Shown piece after piece: positions 1 through 11,900 of a DNA stretch of 64,000 nucleotides. Within the stretch, counting starts at the first letter, position 1, and the number at the start of each line of letters is the position of its first letter. This DNA comes from Raillietiella orientalis (lineage: Eukaryota), in assembly GCA_036172245.1 (NCBI GenBank), contig JAYWIR010000007.1, forward strand, positions 4,588,001-4,652,000. Reading direction: 5' to 3'. A model generated the notes under the pieces. The model had not been told where the DNA came from, did no database searches, and worked only from the letters and a program-made list of their open reading frames with translations. A program made the position numbers and the translations under genes.

Positions 1-480
1 TGCCACAAGCAACATGCTATAACATAGAATACCGCTTCCTACTCTGGGAACAGTATACTGTCTGTTTGCGTCTAATAACCACACCAGTTGATAAACTACT
101 TTTCCCTATAGCCAAGTTAACAGAACATGCAGAAACCAATGAAAAGCTTTTAATCTGCATGAGCAAAGCCCTTTTAGGAGGTGTGTAAATGTTTATTGGC
201 TCATGCATCCATCTCTTTCCAAATTTATAGGCACCATCACAAAATTACGAAATCCAATACCATATGAAATAGCCACAAAACAAGTTCACCATTTTCTGCA
301 TCATGTGCCTCTTTCTCCAGCAGCCAGCAGCCTGCGTATACATGTGGAAACATTGCAGAATAGAGTAATAATGAAAAAGAACCTTGATAAAAGTTTGAAT
401 TCGGTTTTATTTTCAGGATTTGCGGGATGTGCTCCTTTCACCCTTGTGTTAGCAAAATATGTGCACTGTAATGTGGAATG

Positions 481-1158
481 TTATTTATGACTACTGATGA
501 CAGGTACATTGCGAATAGTACGGGAATGTATCCTTGCATCAACGTCTTCACTTAGTGTTGCCATATGAGACTTCATTACTACCAGTTCTTCTTTCACTTC
601 TTTAGCATGTTCTTCTAAAATACGGGTTTGCTGTGTGAGCTCCTCAAGTTCAATTGATAGCTGTTTGCTTCGAGCACATTCCTTGCGATACATATCCTCA
701 TATAAAGTTAATCGATTACAGAGTTTTTCTGCTTCACTTTCTTTGTTTTTTAACAAGGTTTCCATGTTGCTTATACTTTTCTCCATTCTCTCGCATTCAC
801 AGGTTACCTGGATGAGTTCAGCATCCAATTGTTCTGCATCTGCCCTCAGCTGCTTCATATCAGACTCATCACGTTCATTTATCTGAATGAATTCGCAGAC
901 CAGTTTAGATAATTTGGTTATGTCATATTTGGTATCCTGCCTTTCTCCAGCACGGCAGCGCCTCATTAATAAAGCATCCTTGCATTCAAGGTGGTTGCTG
1001 CAAGAATATCCCATTGTGCAACCCAGGCATCTTTGAGCACAATCCATTGGAATTGACTGATTTGAAAAGTTAATGCTTTTTTGGTCAAAACAGAACGGGT
1101 CATTGATTTTTAGCACGTTGCGGCAGTGTTTGTTTCTTAGCAACACGATGGATTGCAT
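481..1158 (-). CDS. Uncharacterised coiled-coil protein (225 aa ORF) with a Cys/His-rich N-terminal motif; may be the last exon of a longer gene
   Basis: A 678-nt ORF in AT-rich DNA, where chance ORFs this long are unlikely. Residues ~90-205 are E/K/L/Q-rich with heptad-like periodicity, preceded by CAQRCLGCTMGYSCSNHLEC. An in-frame stop lies ~18 codons upstream of the ATG. No family recognised. Confidence 0.62.
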   Translation of the reverse strand: MQSIVLLRNKHCRNVLKINDPFCFDQKSINFSNQSIPMDCAQRCLGCTMGYSCSNHLECKDALLMRRCRAGERQDTKYDITKLSKLVCEFIQINERDESDMKQLRADAEQLDAELIQVTCECERMEKSISNMETLLKNKESEAEKLCNRLTLYEDMYRKECARSKQLSIELEELTQQTRILEEHAKEVKEELVVMKSHMATLSEDVDARIHSRTIRNVPVISSHK

Positions 1159-2165
1159 TTCAAAGATTTTGCCCGATTTTCCTAGTTTTTTGGATTTTCG
1201 ACAAAGGCATTTTTACCCACATGAGGACCCATTGTGTGATGCCGTTGCACCATTTCTAAAACTGCGTGAACGAGGAACTGTAATGCCGAAGTTTTGAATG
1301 TATAGAATGAAACTTTTAGAATGTAGATAAGGTCCCATGTTCCAGGTGCTCGCCCATGTTTTTGCTAATAAAAAACTGCCGACGTTAATTCGCCTCATTA
1401 ACGGTTTCAGCAACGCTCCTTAACTGCGGGGAAAAAGTTGTGGTGAATTAAATGGAAACTTCCAAAAAGTGGACGACACTTTCCCATGTAGCAACGAGAC
1501 GGCGAGTATTTGCTTTCGTCGAGTGCCTCTGCCATACCCACGCGATGGTCTTTCCACATTCTCTCGTTTTTCTGCTACATCAAAGAGTAATCTCATTACT
1601 CTTGCATGAGTAATGAAAATCGCCAAAATCACTCGTGATCTTCTGTTTTTGGACTTGAAAAAAAAATGGATGCTTTCCCCTTGCATCTTGCCTTCGATAC
1701 CATCAAAAGTTTGAATGCATGGGACGCAAACCCGGCCTCCAGTTTATCATTATAAAATATTTCTGTCTCTTAATTATGCAGTTAGTGAGAATACGTTTGC
1801 ACGGGCCGTGAAGACCGATACATCCAGGAAAACGGCTCCACATCCTGGAAAGTTGGGGGAGGACGTGGGTGCCAGTACGATTGTGCGATTTGCCCGAATC
1901 CCTGACCGGACTAGTTGATGTATTTTGCCATTTCTTTCGATCTCAGTGCCTTTTTCATCGGAGCTGACGCATCAAACCGAGAATGGGCGTTTTTTTTGTT
2001 TTTTTTTATCTCGTAATTTGTAATCAAAAGCCGTCAGCCGTAAGCACTTGTAGGTGTGGACTGCCGAAACGAAAGGAGTCCAGGATGCGTCCGGATATAC
2101 CCGGAAGGAAAGTTACCACGACTCGGACCGTGCTTTAAAGACAGTGTCTGTGTGTGCTTTTTAAG

Positions 2166-2412
2166 GGCGGATGGAAGCGGCAGAATAGCAAGGAGTCCAT
2201 ATGAAGTAGGGGTTCGTGAACGTTATGCAAGAGAGAGTGATGATGTGGGGAGTGGGAGGGGGGCATCCAGCGATGAAAGACCTACAGAGGGTTCAGTGAA
2301 TGTCAGAAATCCTCTCAGGTCCCTTTCATGGGTCCAAATGAAAAAAAGCCAAAGCCCACAGTTGGGGTTGCTACAAAGCATTTGCAATCTTTCAACAGTT
2401 CCAGTTCTTAGC
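2166..2412 (+). other. Exon-like segment (possible 5' UTR or small coding exon of an unidentified + strand transcript)
   Basis: Bounded by a ttttttaag acceptor and a gtgagt donor. Purine-rich and open in one frame (ORF 2056-2535). No recognisable homology. Confidence 0.25.
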
Positions 2413-3853
2413 GTGAGTGTTTGGTTTTCGAAAAACTTCAGTGCAATCACACGGGAGCATTTTATGTTTGCATGTCCAAAACAGTTTCAGAAGTGCATGG
2501 TTGTGTCGGTGACTTTTAAAAAACCACCAGTATAAATAATTTATTTTCGAAACATCAGCTCGTTCCACATTTACATAATCATGAAAGACATCAGGGCTGA
2601 GGTCTGCATTATAAATGTTGATTAATTTAACACGAGTTCCATGCTACCAAACAGCTTGCATTGAATTGTCTTAGAATCGAATCTCAACCAGATTTTTATG
2701 TTCTGTTTCCGGATTTCTTTGCATTCATTTTTTTCCCCCCCTTTCTAAGATGCGTTTCATAGCATTATTGAAGATGAGCGTCTTTCTCAATTTTACTTTA
2801 TTACAAAACTATTTTCTCGGTATTCCCAAAATCACCATAACTTTTCAAGAATCTCTTTCCTGTTCTTGTTGAAATGTATTCTCTGGAATTTTATCCGCAC
2901 TCTTAGACAATTTTTTCGTTTAAGAGTTCTGTGCAAGCTGAAATGCCTTCATCCAAATTTCGTGTTCTTTTGTTTTTCCTATTCTTTAATGAAACTATTT
3001 AAAAATATTGAGAACAAGAAAAGCTTTTTTTTTTATCTTTCTTTGCACAGAAACCGGGATATTTCTGTCACGTGTTAAACTGAGTACCAAGAAAAATGTG
3101 ATTATTTTTCTATTCTCTGAGAATCCAGTTTTTGCAATGATGCTAGAGAAGTTCTAAAACGTGGCTGAGACCATTAGGTCGCTGCTAAAGGAACGAACCT
3201 CGATTTTCCAAAACGTAATATTCTGATAGAATTCTGGCTTTGATGAGATTTCCATTTCATAAATTAAGATTCATGCATTCGGATGGTTACTTCCGCGATT
3301 GCGTTTTTCCTGACTTATCCTTTAAGATTAATGACTTACAGACAATCTTCAATTTCATTCTGACAAATGTTTGCGGATACAAAGAAGGTCAGTGAATACC
3401 GATTCAAAGTATGGAAAGTCTACTGATTTTCGCAAATACGTAGAAGTAGTTTGGGTTTGCTTACTTCAGAATTTCCCGATACTCCGCAGAATGAAGAAAC
3501 ATAGTGATGTGTGGGCATTCTTTCAAGAAAATGTCGAAATATCCAACAATTTTACAAAAGAATCCTCACTTATTAAAGAAAACTGCAACAAATGCTAATT
3601 GAATGAAACCTTTACAGTGAGCCTACAAAATAAACAAATAAATAGATAGATAAAACTCTTTAGAGATTCCAATATTTTCATTCAAATGTTCCAATGGCAA
3701 TATATCTCCACAATTAAAAGTAGTACACGGTGCAAATTGCCAATTGATAGTGTACGTTTGGATACTTGAAGTAGAGATGGGAAAAAACTCGAAATCTTAT
3801 TTTTATTAAACATTGGAAACCCATCCTAGAACCATGAATTTCGTAAGGCTAAA

Positions 3854-3894
3854 AATCAAAGGCATCATCGAAGATTTCGATGATGCCCTTGATT
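3854..3894. repeat. Near-perfect inverted repeat (hairpin)
   Basis: aatcaaaggcatcatcgaa-gat-ttcgatgatgcccttgatt: 19-bp arms with one mismatch and a 3-nt loop. Confidence 0.9.
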
Positions 3895-5836
3895 AGTATG
3901 CTCATTTTGCTGGGGAAAACCCTTAAAACCGAGTAAGGAGTATTTTTTCTTTGTTTTTTCCCCAGAGCAAGCATATTTACTTTTTAATCATACTTTGATC
4001 ACACGGTAGCATTTGATTCCAATGTTGGGCATAGTAAAATCGGTGCTGTTTTTGCATGACCATAACAACCAAAGAAGTGGCTGCCCCATTTGCCTCTGAA
4101 GGATCACATTTTGATGGAAACATGATGGCCACCCATCGTAACTGGCATTGCACTTAAGTGCAGGTATCTCAAGAATTTCGTGATCAAACTGCAGGGAGTA
4201 TTAATGATCATAATATTGTGACGGTGAAATAGGTTGATGCTTGGAATCAAGTAATCAACAAGATAGGAGCTTTGTTTAATCAGGAAGTTAACGAGATTTG
4301 TTAAATCAAATACTGATACATATCAAAAATATCTTTGTTAGTGACTTTTTACCAAAGGCAATAGCTCATTATTCCCATTTGAACTCAGAACTTCAGATTT
4401 CTAAATAGGAAATCATTTGATTGTCATTTTATGATGCGAAAGGATATTTAGCACCTTGATTTATAAATCCACCTTTTTCAAGACCGTTTTTCAAGTCCCT
4501 AAGCTTACTATAATTTGACCTATCACCGCTTCCGTGTATAATTGACTATCAAAATCTAAGCGATAGCTTTTGAAGGTACTCAAAGATGTAGAAATAATTT
4601 CTATCCCATTTCTATTTGAGATGAATAAATCTGTGAATAAAATCGAGGAATTATCTAAATACTTCCCGACATCTGCTGATAGCACTACCGTTATCCAATT
4701 CATAAATCGCAAAATCATTTAAAATAGTTATGCCTTTGTAAACGAAACAGATAATGGAAACAAAGCTGCATACCTTTTCCTTTGGCTTGTGTTTAGGGCC
4801 ACAATGCAATAACTTTGAAAATTAACTTTATGTGTAATAAGAAAAATGAAGTGAGTTTTTGATGTCTACGCTTGATTAGTACAATACAGCAGTGTACGTG
4901 AAATGCAACTGGAAAATTTTTTATAACTTCTTTGTGATGCATCCCAATTCGTTGTTCAGCTGAAATGTTACGCTGGAATGCCGAAATTGACTGAGAAGCA
5001 TGGATTCCGCCATGTTTCAAATTTCTTCATGATGCATCTGGAAAATACCTCCAGTGTGTGGAATCTGGAAACCAACTTTGCACTTCTAGCGCAGATGATT
5101 CGAGCACGAAACTGATCCGGGATTCAAGCAATCCTGAAAACTGACTCTTTTTCTTCTTTGTTTCCGTGTTTCACTCCTCGGCCGGAGGAAATTGTTAATC
5201 CTCGTTGCATCCAAATTTTGTAAATAAAATGCAAAATTTTTACATTTAGGAACAAGAAGTCAATCCATTTTTCAGGGCCCCGTTTGCAGCAGAACTCATG
5301 ATCTAAGTCATTGTTACTTCGTTTTCAAAGGAAGCCAAGATTTACACTGCATGCAGATGCAAGCCCAAAGTAAACCAACGTGTGCTTGAGTGTTTGGACG
5401 TTAGCAGTAGCATTTAATATTCTGAACACATGAACAATGCCATGTGAAACTTGTGTTTTTTTTATTTCGCGTTCGAGCTGTGACTTTCAACGATAACGTG
5501 TATGTAAGGAAGGAAGAGTCCGTGCCGGAAAATAAGCGTGATAAAATTTGTTTGCATATGGGAAAGATACAGTGTAAGTAGTTTGTTTTCCAGCAGAAAA
5601 TGTGCTTACCTCGTCCTTAACAAAATTCTTTGAAAAACGTATTTGTTGATGTTTTCTGAATTATATTTTATGTGTGTATGTTTGCTTTTTAGCATGAATT
5701 CTGACAGTGCATCCTGTTTCCAACAGAATATACCAGCATTTTTTTTGAAGTACCGGGATTTATTTGGAAAGTACGCAATTTATAATTTCCATGAAGAATT
5801 TCAAGACGTTTAAGTGATAATTCAGAAACTCCTCAC

Positions 5837-5906
5837 ATGATGCCTGTTGATTCTGGATCTCAGCCACTGTTCCCCTTGTTTTCCAGTGAACAAAATAAAA
5901 TCAATG
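5837..5906 (+). CDS. NRDE2: NRDE2 coding exon 1 (MMPVDSGSQPLFPLFSSEQNKIN)
   Basis: ATG at 5837, LFPLF N-terminal motif, donor G|gttggt in phase 1. Confidence 0.8.
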
Positions 5907-8900
5907 GTTGGTTTTAAGAAATAGTTGATATGAATTATAACGAATTAGTTTTAGTGAAATTGTATTAGAAATGAGAATGTTATTTCAATGTTTTGTTGCA
6001 CCATCTATATCTCACTGTATGTAGGTCTTGCATCAGTAATTGGAAATTACAACATCACTATGATTTAGTTCACTTGATTTAGTTTTTTAAACTATTATTA
6101 TGTGAATATTAATATGGGCATCTAATACTTTTAGATCCAAAACCAGAAACACATTTGGACTGGTTGTCCAATGCTAGCTTTCCTGTTGAAATCTTACAGA
6201 ATGTACAAGAAATTTCTCCAAGTAAACGTGAAAGGCATGTTCCACACACCAAAGAAAAAGCAAAAAAGAAAATTAGACACAAGTAACTTCCAAATTGTTT
6301 TCCCAGTTTTTTCTTTTCAGATAATTGCATGAAATTTCATTTGTTTTTTATTTTTATGCCAACCATGTGATGCATTTTATCATTTTTGAATATTTTTGAA
6401 TACTTATTGAAGATTTCAATTCAGGAGTCATGCTGCTAAAGCCAGAAGTCTTCATGAATCAAGTGGATTGCAAGCTGATCTCCAGGCTGCTTGCAAATAG
6501 TGAGTCTAGTTTTTATTTTTTATTCATCACATTGATCCATCCCTCAGTCCAGCAGCTAAATCAGTATCACAGGTGTTTCTTGATGGACTGAATCTGTCAT
6601 CAGAGCATGCCTTTCGAGTAGATCGCAAAGCTGACCCAACCATTAAAGCATTTTCTGTAATGCGACCAGTTTTTGTTGCTAGGTATTGGGTTTCTCAATT
6701 AATCGCAAAAAACTCTCAATCTGCTTAAAGAATAAAAGAAAGTGCTCTTTATGAATGAAATTTATACCAATATCACAATTGCTTCCTGTTTAAATTCTCT
6801 GAGTATTTGAATTTTTTTTTTCTTTTGGGTGTTCTTACATGCTCTTTGTTTTTTAATTCTAGATATCGGAAGCTCCCATTTGTTTTTGGGTCAGTTACTC
6901 GGCGAAAAAAGCACAAAGAAAAAGAGAATCGATACTATGTTCAACTACCAAAACTTGAAAAAAAGTTTCAGACGTCCGATTTTGGATCAACACCCACTTG
7001 TGCATTTATACCTCATGGACCATCTCTTACCTCAAATTTTATCTCATTAGAAGTTCCCAGTGGGGGAGGAAATATCCATAGGACCCAGGCATCTAATTTC
7101 CCAGAGGGAAATCCTTTGGGTATTTATGATGCTGTAACTGCTGGGTATCAACAAGGAAAGGATGTAAGGGTCCCTCAGAAAACTTCTCAAGACGTTCATG
7201 TATCTTGGAAAAATGAAAGTGAACGGTTAAATCAGGCTGTGCAATCAAATAAGCATAACATTGATGCTTGGTTGGAATTAGTTCATTATCAAGATGAAGG
7301 ACATCAGATATCTGCAAAAAATTCAGTAGCCATACTTGAAAAAAAAGTTGCAATCTTGGATCGTGCTTTGAAAGACAATCCAAGCTCGGTTATGTTACTT
7401 ATGGAAAAACTTGATTTATGTAAAGATTTGTGGGAAAGTGAAAAACTCCGCAAAGAGTGGTCTAAGCTCTTGTTTGCTCACCCCAATGATTTAACTTTGT
7501 GGTCCAAGTATTTGTTTTTTCTGCAGAGTCATTTTCCCTCCTTTAGTGCCAAACATGTTATTCAGGAAACTATTAAATGTTTGCACAAATTGGTGCAGAT
7601 TCTGAAAGGCCAGTTCCAGTCCCATATCTGTCCTGCTAACATGGAAGAAGGTCTTGTGAGTATGTGCTCTTAACACTGTGTTCTGTGTTTTCAACTATGT
7701 CATAGGCATTATTACATCTTGCTGCTGGTTCCTATGTCAGAGTGGTTATCGGGAGAGAGGTGTTGCTATCTTCCAGGCCTTATTGGAATTCAACTGGTTT
7801 ACACCTGCAAATGTTGCTCAGGCTGAGAAGTTGCTCCGCTTTGAGGTCTTCTGGGATAGTCGCTTGCCTCGTTTAGGAGAAGAAGGTTCCTGTGGGTGGC
7901 CTCATGCACTTCTGAATCAACAAAGATCATTTATGGACTCTGATTTCCTAGCAAGCAGAGGTTAGTTATGTGGTCAATGCATTTATGGGGAGGTTTTGGA
8001 AGGAAAGGAAAATGCAATTTTAATCCCATTTTAAGCCATTTGAGTCTGATTATGAATTTTGGTAGTCAATTCAAATGAAAAATATGAATTTTATGCATGT
8101 TGTTATTTGACAAAGGGAAGAAATATGACTCATTGATGAGCCCCAACAAACTTTTTTAATTTCAATGAATATGCAGAAAAACCCTACCAGCAATGCCCCT
8201 TGTTTATGCATGTTCATCTCGCCAGTGATTCGTGTGCTGTAATGTGGTTGTTGGCTAATGTGTTTGCTTGTTTGGTTATGGTTCCAAGGAACAGGGAATA
8301 AATAATGAATTGCTTTTTGTATTTCTCATGCTGTAGGGTTGGAAAATGCGTGAAAAATGTTTGAACTTTGAACTTTCATATAGGAATATTTGTGCATCAT
8401 TCACAGTGTCGGAAGAATGATAAAGCAATGATCCAATCAAGGACAAGTTGATAGGGAATTTTAGAAGAATATGGGGAAATCGAATTAGATTTGAGATCTT
8501 GGAAATAGATTTTATTATAGTTTTAGGATTCGAATCGAAAGATTTAAAACGCGGGATTACGCTATTCACAGGGATCCTGATAATTACTGAACGATCTCCG
8601 TAATGCGTATTAATTTTGTAAAAAAAAAATTGGCATGCTTAATGGCTTTAAGAGGAATACTTTCCTTTTTGAAGAGGACAGCAATTTTTGATTCTGTATT
8701 CCCTGTCCAACTACATAGCTTTGGACGTACTTGATTGATTGAACTTCCTCCTCGTTTCCTTTGCGTTTTTGACGTACGTGAATTTCGAGTTGTTATTAAG
8801 ATAGCTTTGCGTTATTCATTTTCTTTGTCAAACTTCATTCTCATTCATGTGCCCCGGCTGCTCCATGTAATTCAGATCATTGTGAATATTGCAGAAATGC

Positions 8901-11900
8901 TGCGGCAATTCTTATAGCAGCTCAACGTGGGACTGTTTAAAACACCTCATAAAACGGGGTGTATGATTTTGTTGTTGTTGAAATTTCTACCAGTAGGTGG
9001 TAAATTGATGGAATCACGGATTTCGAGAGACGGAGCGCCGATCTCGCACCCGGGACTGCAGTCCTTCCCTTTTATCTGAATATTGCAAATTCGATCGTTT
9101 GCGGTGGGCCTCCTTGTGTGCAGCTCCGATCCGGGTGCATCCAGGGTGAACCCCATGAGATGTGCAGTTGCCGCCCTGCAGGAGCAAGGGGCACCACCCA
9201 TCCCAGTGCCCTCTCGCTAATGTACTTTTGCCAGCGACCGTTCGGTTGGGAGCTTCCCTTCCCGCCGTTTGTCTTTGCCGATCCCTTCCTTTTGCCTGGT
9301 TTGTCTCCTTGGCAAAGTTATTCCTCCTGCAGAAGCAGATCGCATTGAGAGTTGTGGCATCCCTGTTGTTGTCTTATTTTGTCCAGACCGGGTTTGTCCC
9401 CATTAATTAATTCCCTGTTGTATTCAGTTCTAAGTATATGTGTATGTATATATGTATATTGATTTCAGTTTCCGTTTGAGAATCCGCTGCACCATTATTT
9501 GAGTGCTGACATTTATCTCATGTTGCTTATTTCAATCTAATTGTGATTTTGGCATACTTGATGTGATTAAGCTTGTCTGGATGCGTTCTGAGCAGTTGTT
9601 TCTGGTGCTTGTAAGTTTCCAGTTGCAGCACTCAGTCCTGCTTCAGAAAGCAAGGGGGAGGGGGGGGGGGTGAGCCCCCTGTGTTGTAGGGGAGCGCATT
9701 TCAGGGAACAAACCTTTTCTACGTTAAATTCGGTTTCGAATTCCCGAAGTGGACACCCACTTTCCGTGTGGATGGCCTCCTGAAAGAGCAGTTTTTTGTT
9801 CCATGCGTCTCGAAACATTTTGAGGATTTGTTTTTTGTACGAGGTGTATATTTGAGAGTACACCTTGTTGAGTTATTCGGTCTTATTCAGTCAGTTCGTG
9901 TCGACTATAAGTAAGTGTGTGAGACACCAGAGAGAGAGAGAGAGAGAGAGAGAGAAAATGACTTCCTAATGATGATCACACGTTCTAGTTTGTACTTTTA
10001 ATTCGTGTAGCAGCAGAAATTCGGTTTATTTGAAGATAGCAATCTCAGAGAAGAGAAATAAATCAAAGAACATTACGAAATGTCAGGATTATCAGAATCG
10101 CTCAGAAATTTTGAAAGAAGTAATTAGAAGCAAAAAGTAGTGGTTTAAATAATGAGACTATCCATTAAGAGGGATGGAGGAACCGAGGAGGTAATTCATC
10201 GAATGCGGCGTGAAAGGGAGGGAACGAATACGGATGGATCACTCCGGAAAGTAAACTTTCACAGCATAAACCACGGGAATCCAGGTGGACAGTGGCTTCA
10301 ATGAGGAACCCCCAGCAAGCGGGACCGGTGGACGCTGCACAGTGCGGAAGTCGTAATGGCTTTAATGAGTTGCGAAGAGCAACTCTAATCACCCGCCTCG
10401 TGATTCCCTTGCGGGCTCTGAAAGCGAATCACAAGTAAGGTGTGTGTGAGCATCAGAAGCACAGCGTGGGGCTGGGAGTGGAGCAGGCGTGGCCGTCCTT
10501 TCTTTGTCCACGTTTCGCATGATGAGTCCACCAAGTGAAACGGGACATCGATGCGGGCGGGCTTGACCGCGGTCGGTCCTTCCGGAACCTTTCACGTGTG
10601 TCTTCCGTTGACTGGTTGTCGGGGCAAACGAACCAGACAGCACTCGTGGCCCGCAAAGGCCCGACTGGAGGATGCATCTCTCCTGACACAGCAGTCGTCC
10701 GCGTGGCGAGCTGCGGGTGCGGTGCGTCGCAGTCGAGGGAAACGGAGGAAAGTGATGCTTGCACAAACGTTCCATCTGCTGTTACCTCGCCCGCCGCTGT
10801 AGGGCTGACCTCGCCCTGAAGGCGGCGGGGGCGAGGAATCCACGGAGAAAGCTTCGAGGGGTCCAGATGTCAGGCGGACGGATGCTGCTACTGCTACCAA
10901 GCCCTTGGTGGCTCTGCCCGAGCTCGCAGAATTTCACACAAAAAGAGCAGTATTTTTGAAAAGGTGGAGAAGTGTCGGGAAGGGCCGCCTTTTTTTTTCT
11001 TTTTTCTTTTAATCTTAAATCGCCTTCCAAAACAACAAGCGGTTCCCCCCCCCCCCCCTCTCTTTCTCGCCTTTTTTTTCTTCTAAATGTAACGCGCCGA
11101 GATGATCTTAACGACCGGAAGTTTTCAGACGGTTATCTTCAAGATGTGAACAGTTCTTGGTGTTCCATGATTCATTATCGTTGACCCTGCGCAAAGAGAT
11201 TCCCGAGCGGCGGAAAGCAGCCTTCATGAAGCCCAGTGGTATCCTGCGATTCGATCCGGGTGATGACTGCAGTCGGTATTTTTCCCGGTTCGTCTGCGGC
11301 GGCGTTGGTTGCTGCACCTCCGTAGCAGTCGAAAAGACTTCGATCGGATCCCGATAAAGTGGTGAGCCGAATCCACGGATCCTGAGCCAGCCAAGGACCG
11401 CGCCCGTGCCCGTGCTCTCCCGCAGATTCGAAACTCAGTTCAGTTCGGAGGTTCGGTGTGCACCTTGGCAGGGCATGCGCGGTTAAGGAAAGAGCGATTC
11501 GAAGGTGTCTTCACGAAACGCATTCCCTCCGCCCTCACGGGCGCTCTTTTGCAGATGGGGGGGGGGTTCCCCAAAGACGGCTCAAAGAATGATCGTTTCG
11601 AGCGGAACGGATGCGTCCTCGAGACGAAAGTTTTGCGCGCGAGCGGCGGTCACGTCGTGGGGGGAGGGAGGGTGGGAGGGGTGCGATACGTCGTCGTTGC
11701 CCGTGGTCCGATCAGATTTCATTGGTGAGGGCGGATAACACGGGTGAGTAATGGAGCGAGCTGAAGAAGGCACATGGAAACGTTGGATCTCTTCTGCACC
11801 TGTAGACTCGCGTTTCCCCAGGTGCTTAGCATGTCTGGAGTCTTCTTGTGGAAGCACCCAGCTCTTCACCATCGTTGGGTGAGTTCCGCCCAACGATGTG

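Noticed and set aside
4960..5145. Frame with one in-frame TGA (possible selenoprotein exon)
   Set aside because: No selenoprotein motif or SECIS recognised; the open stretch is short and compatible with chance.
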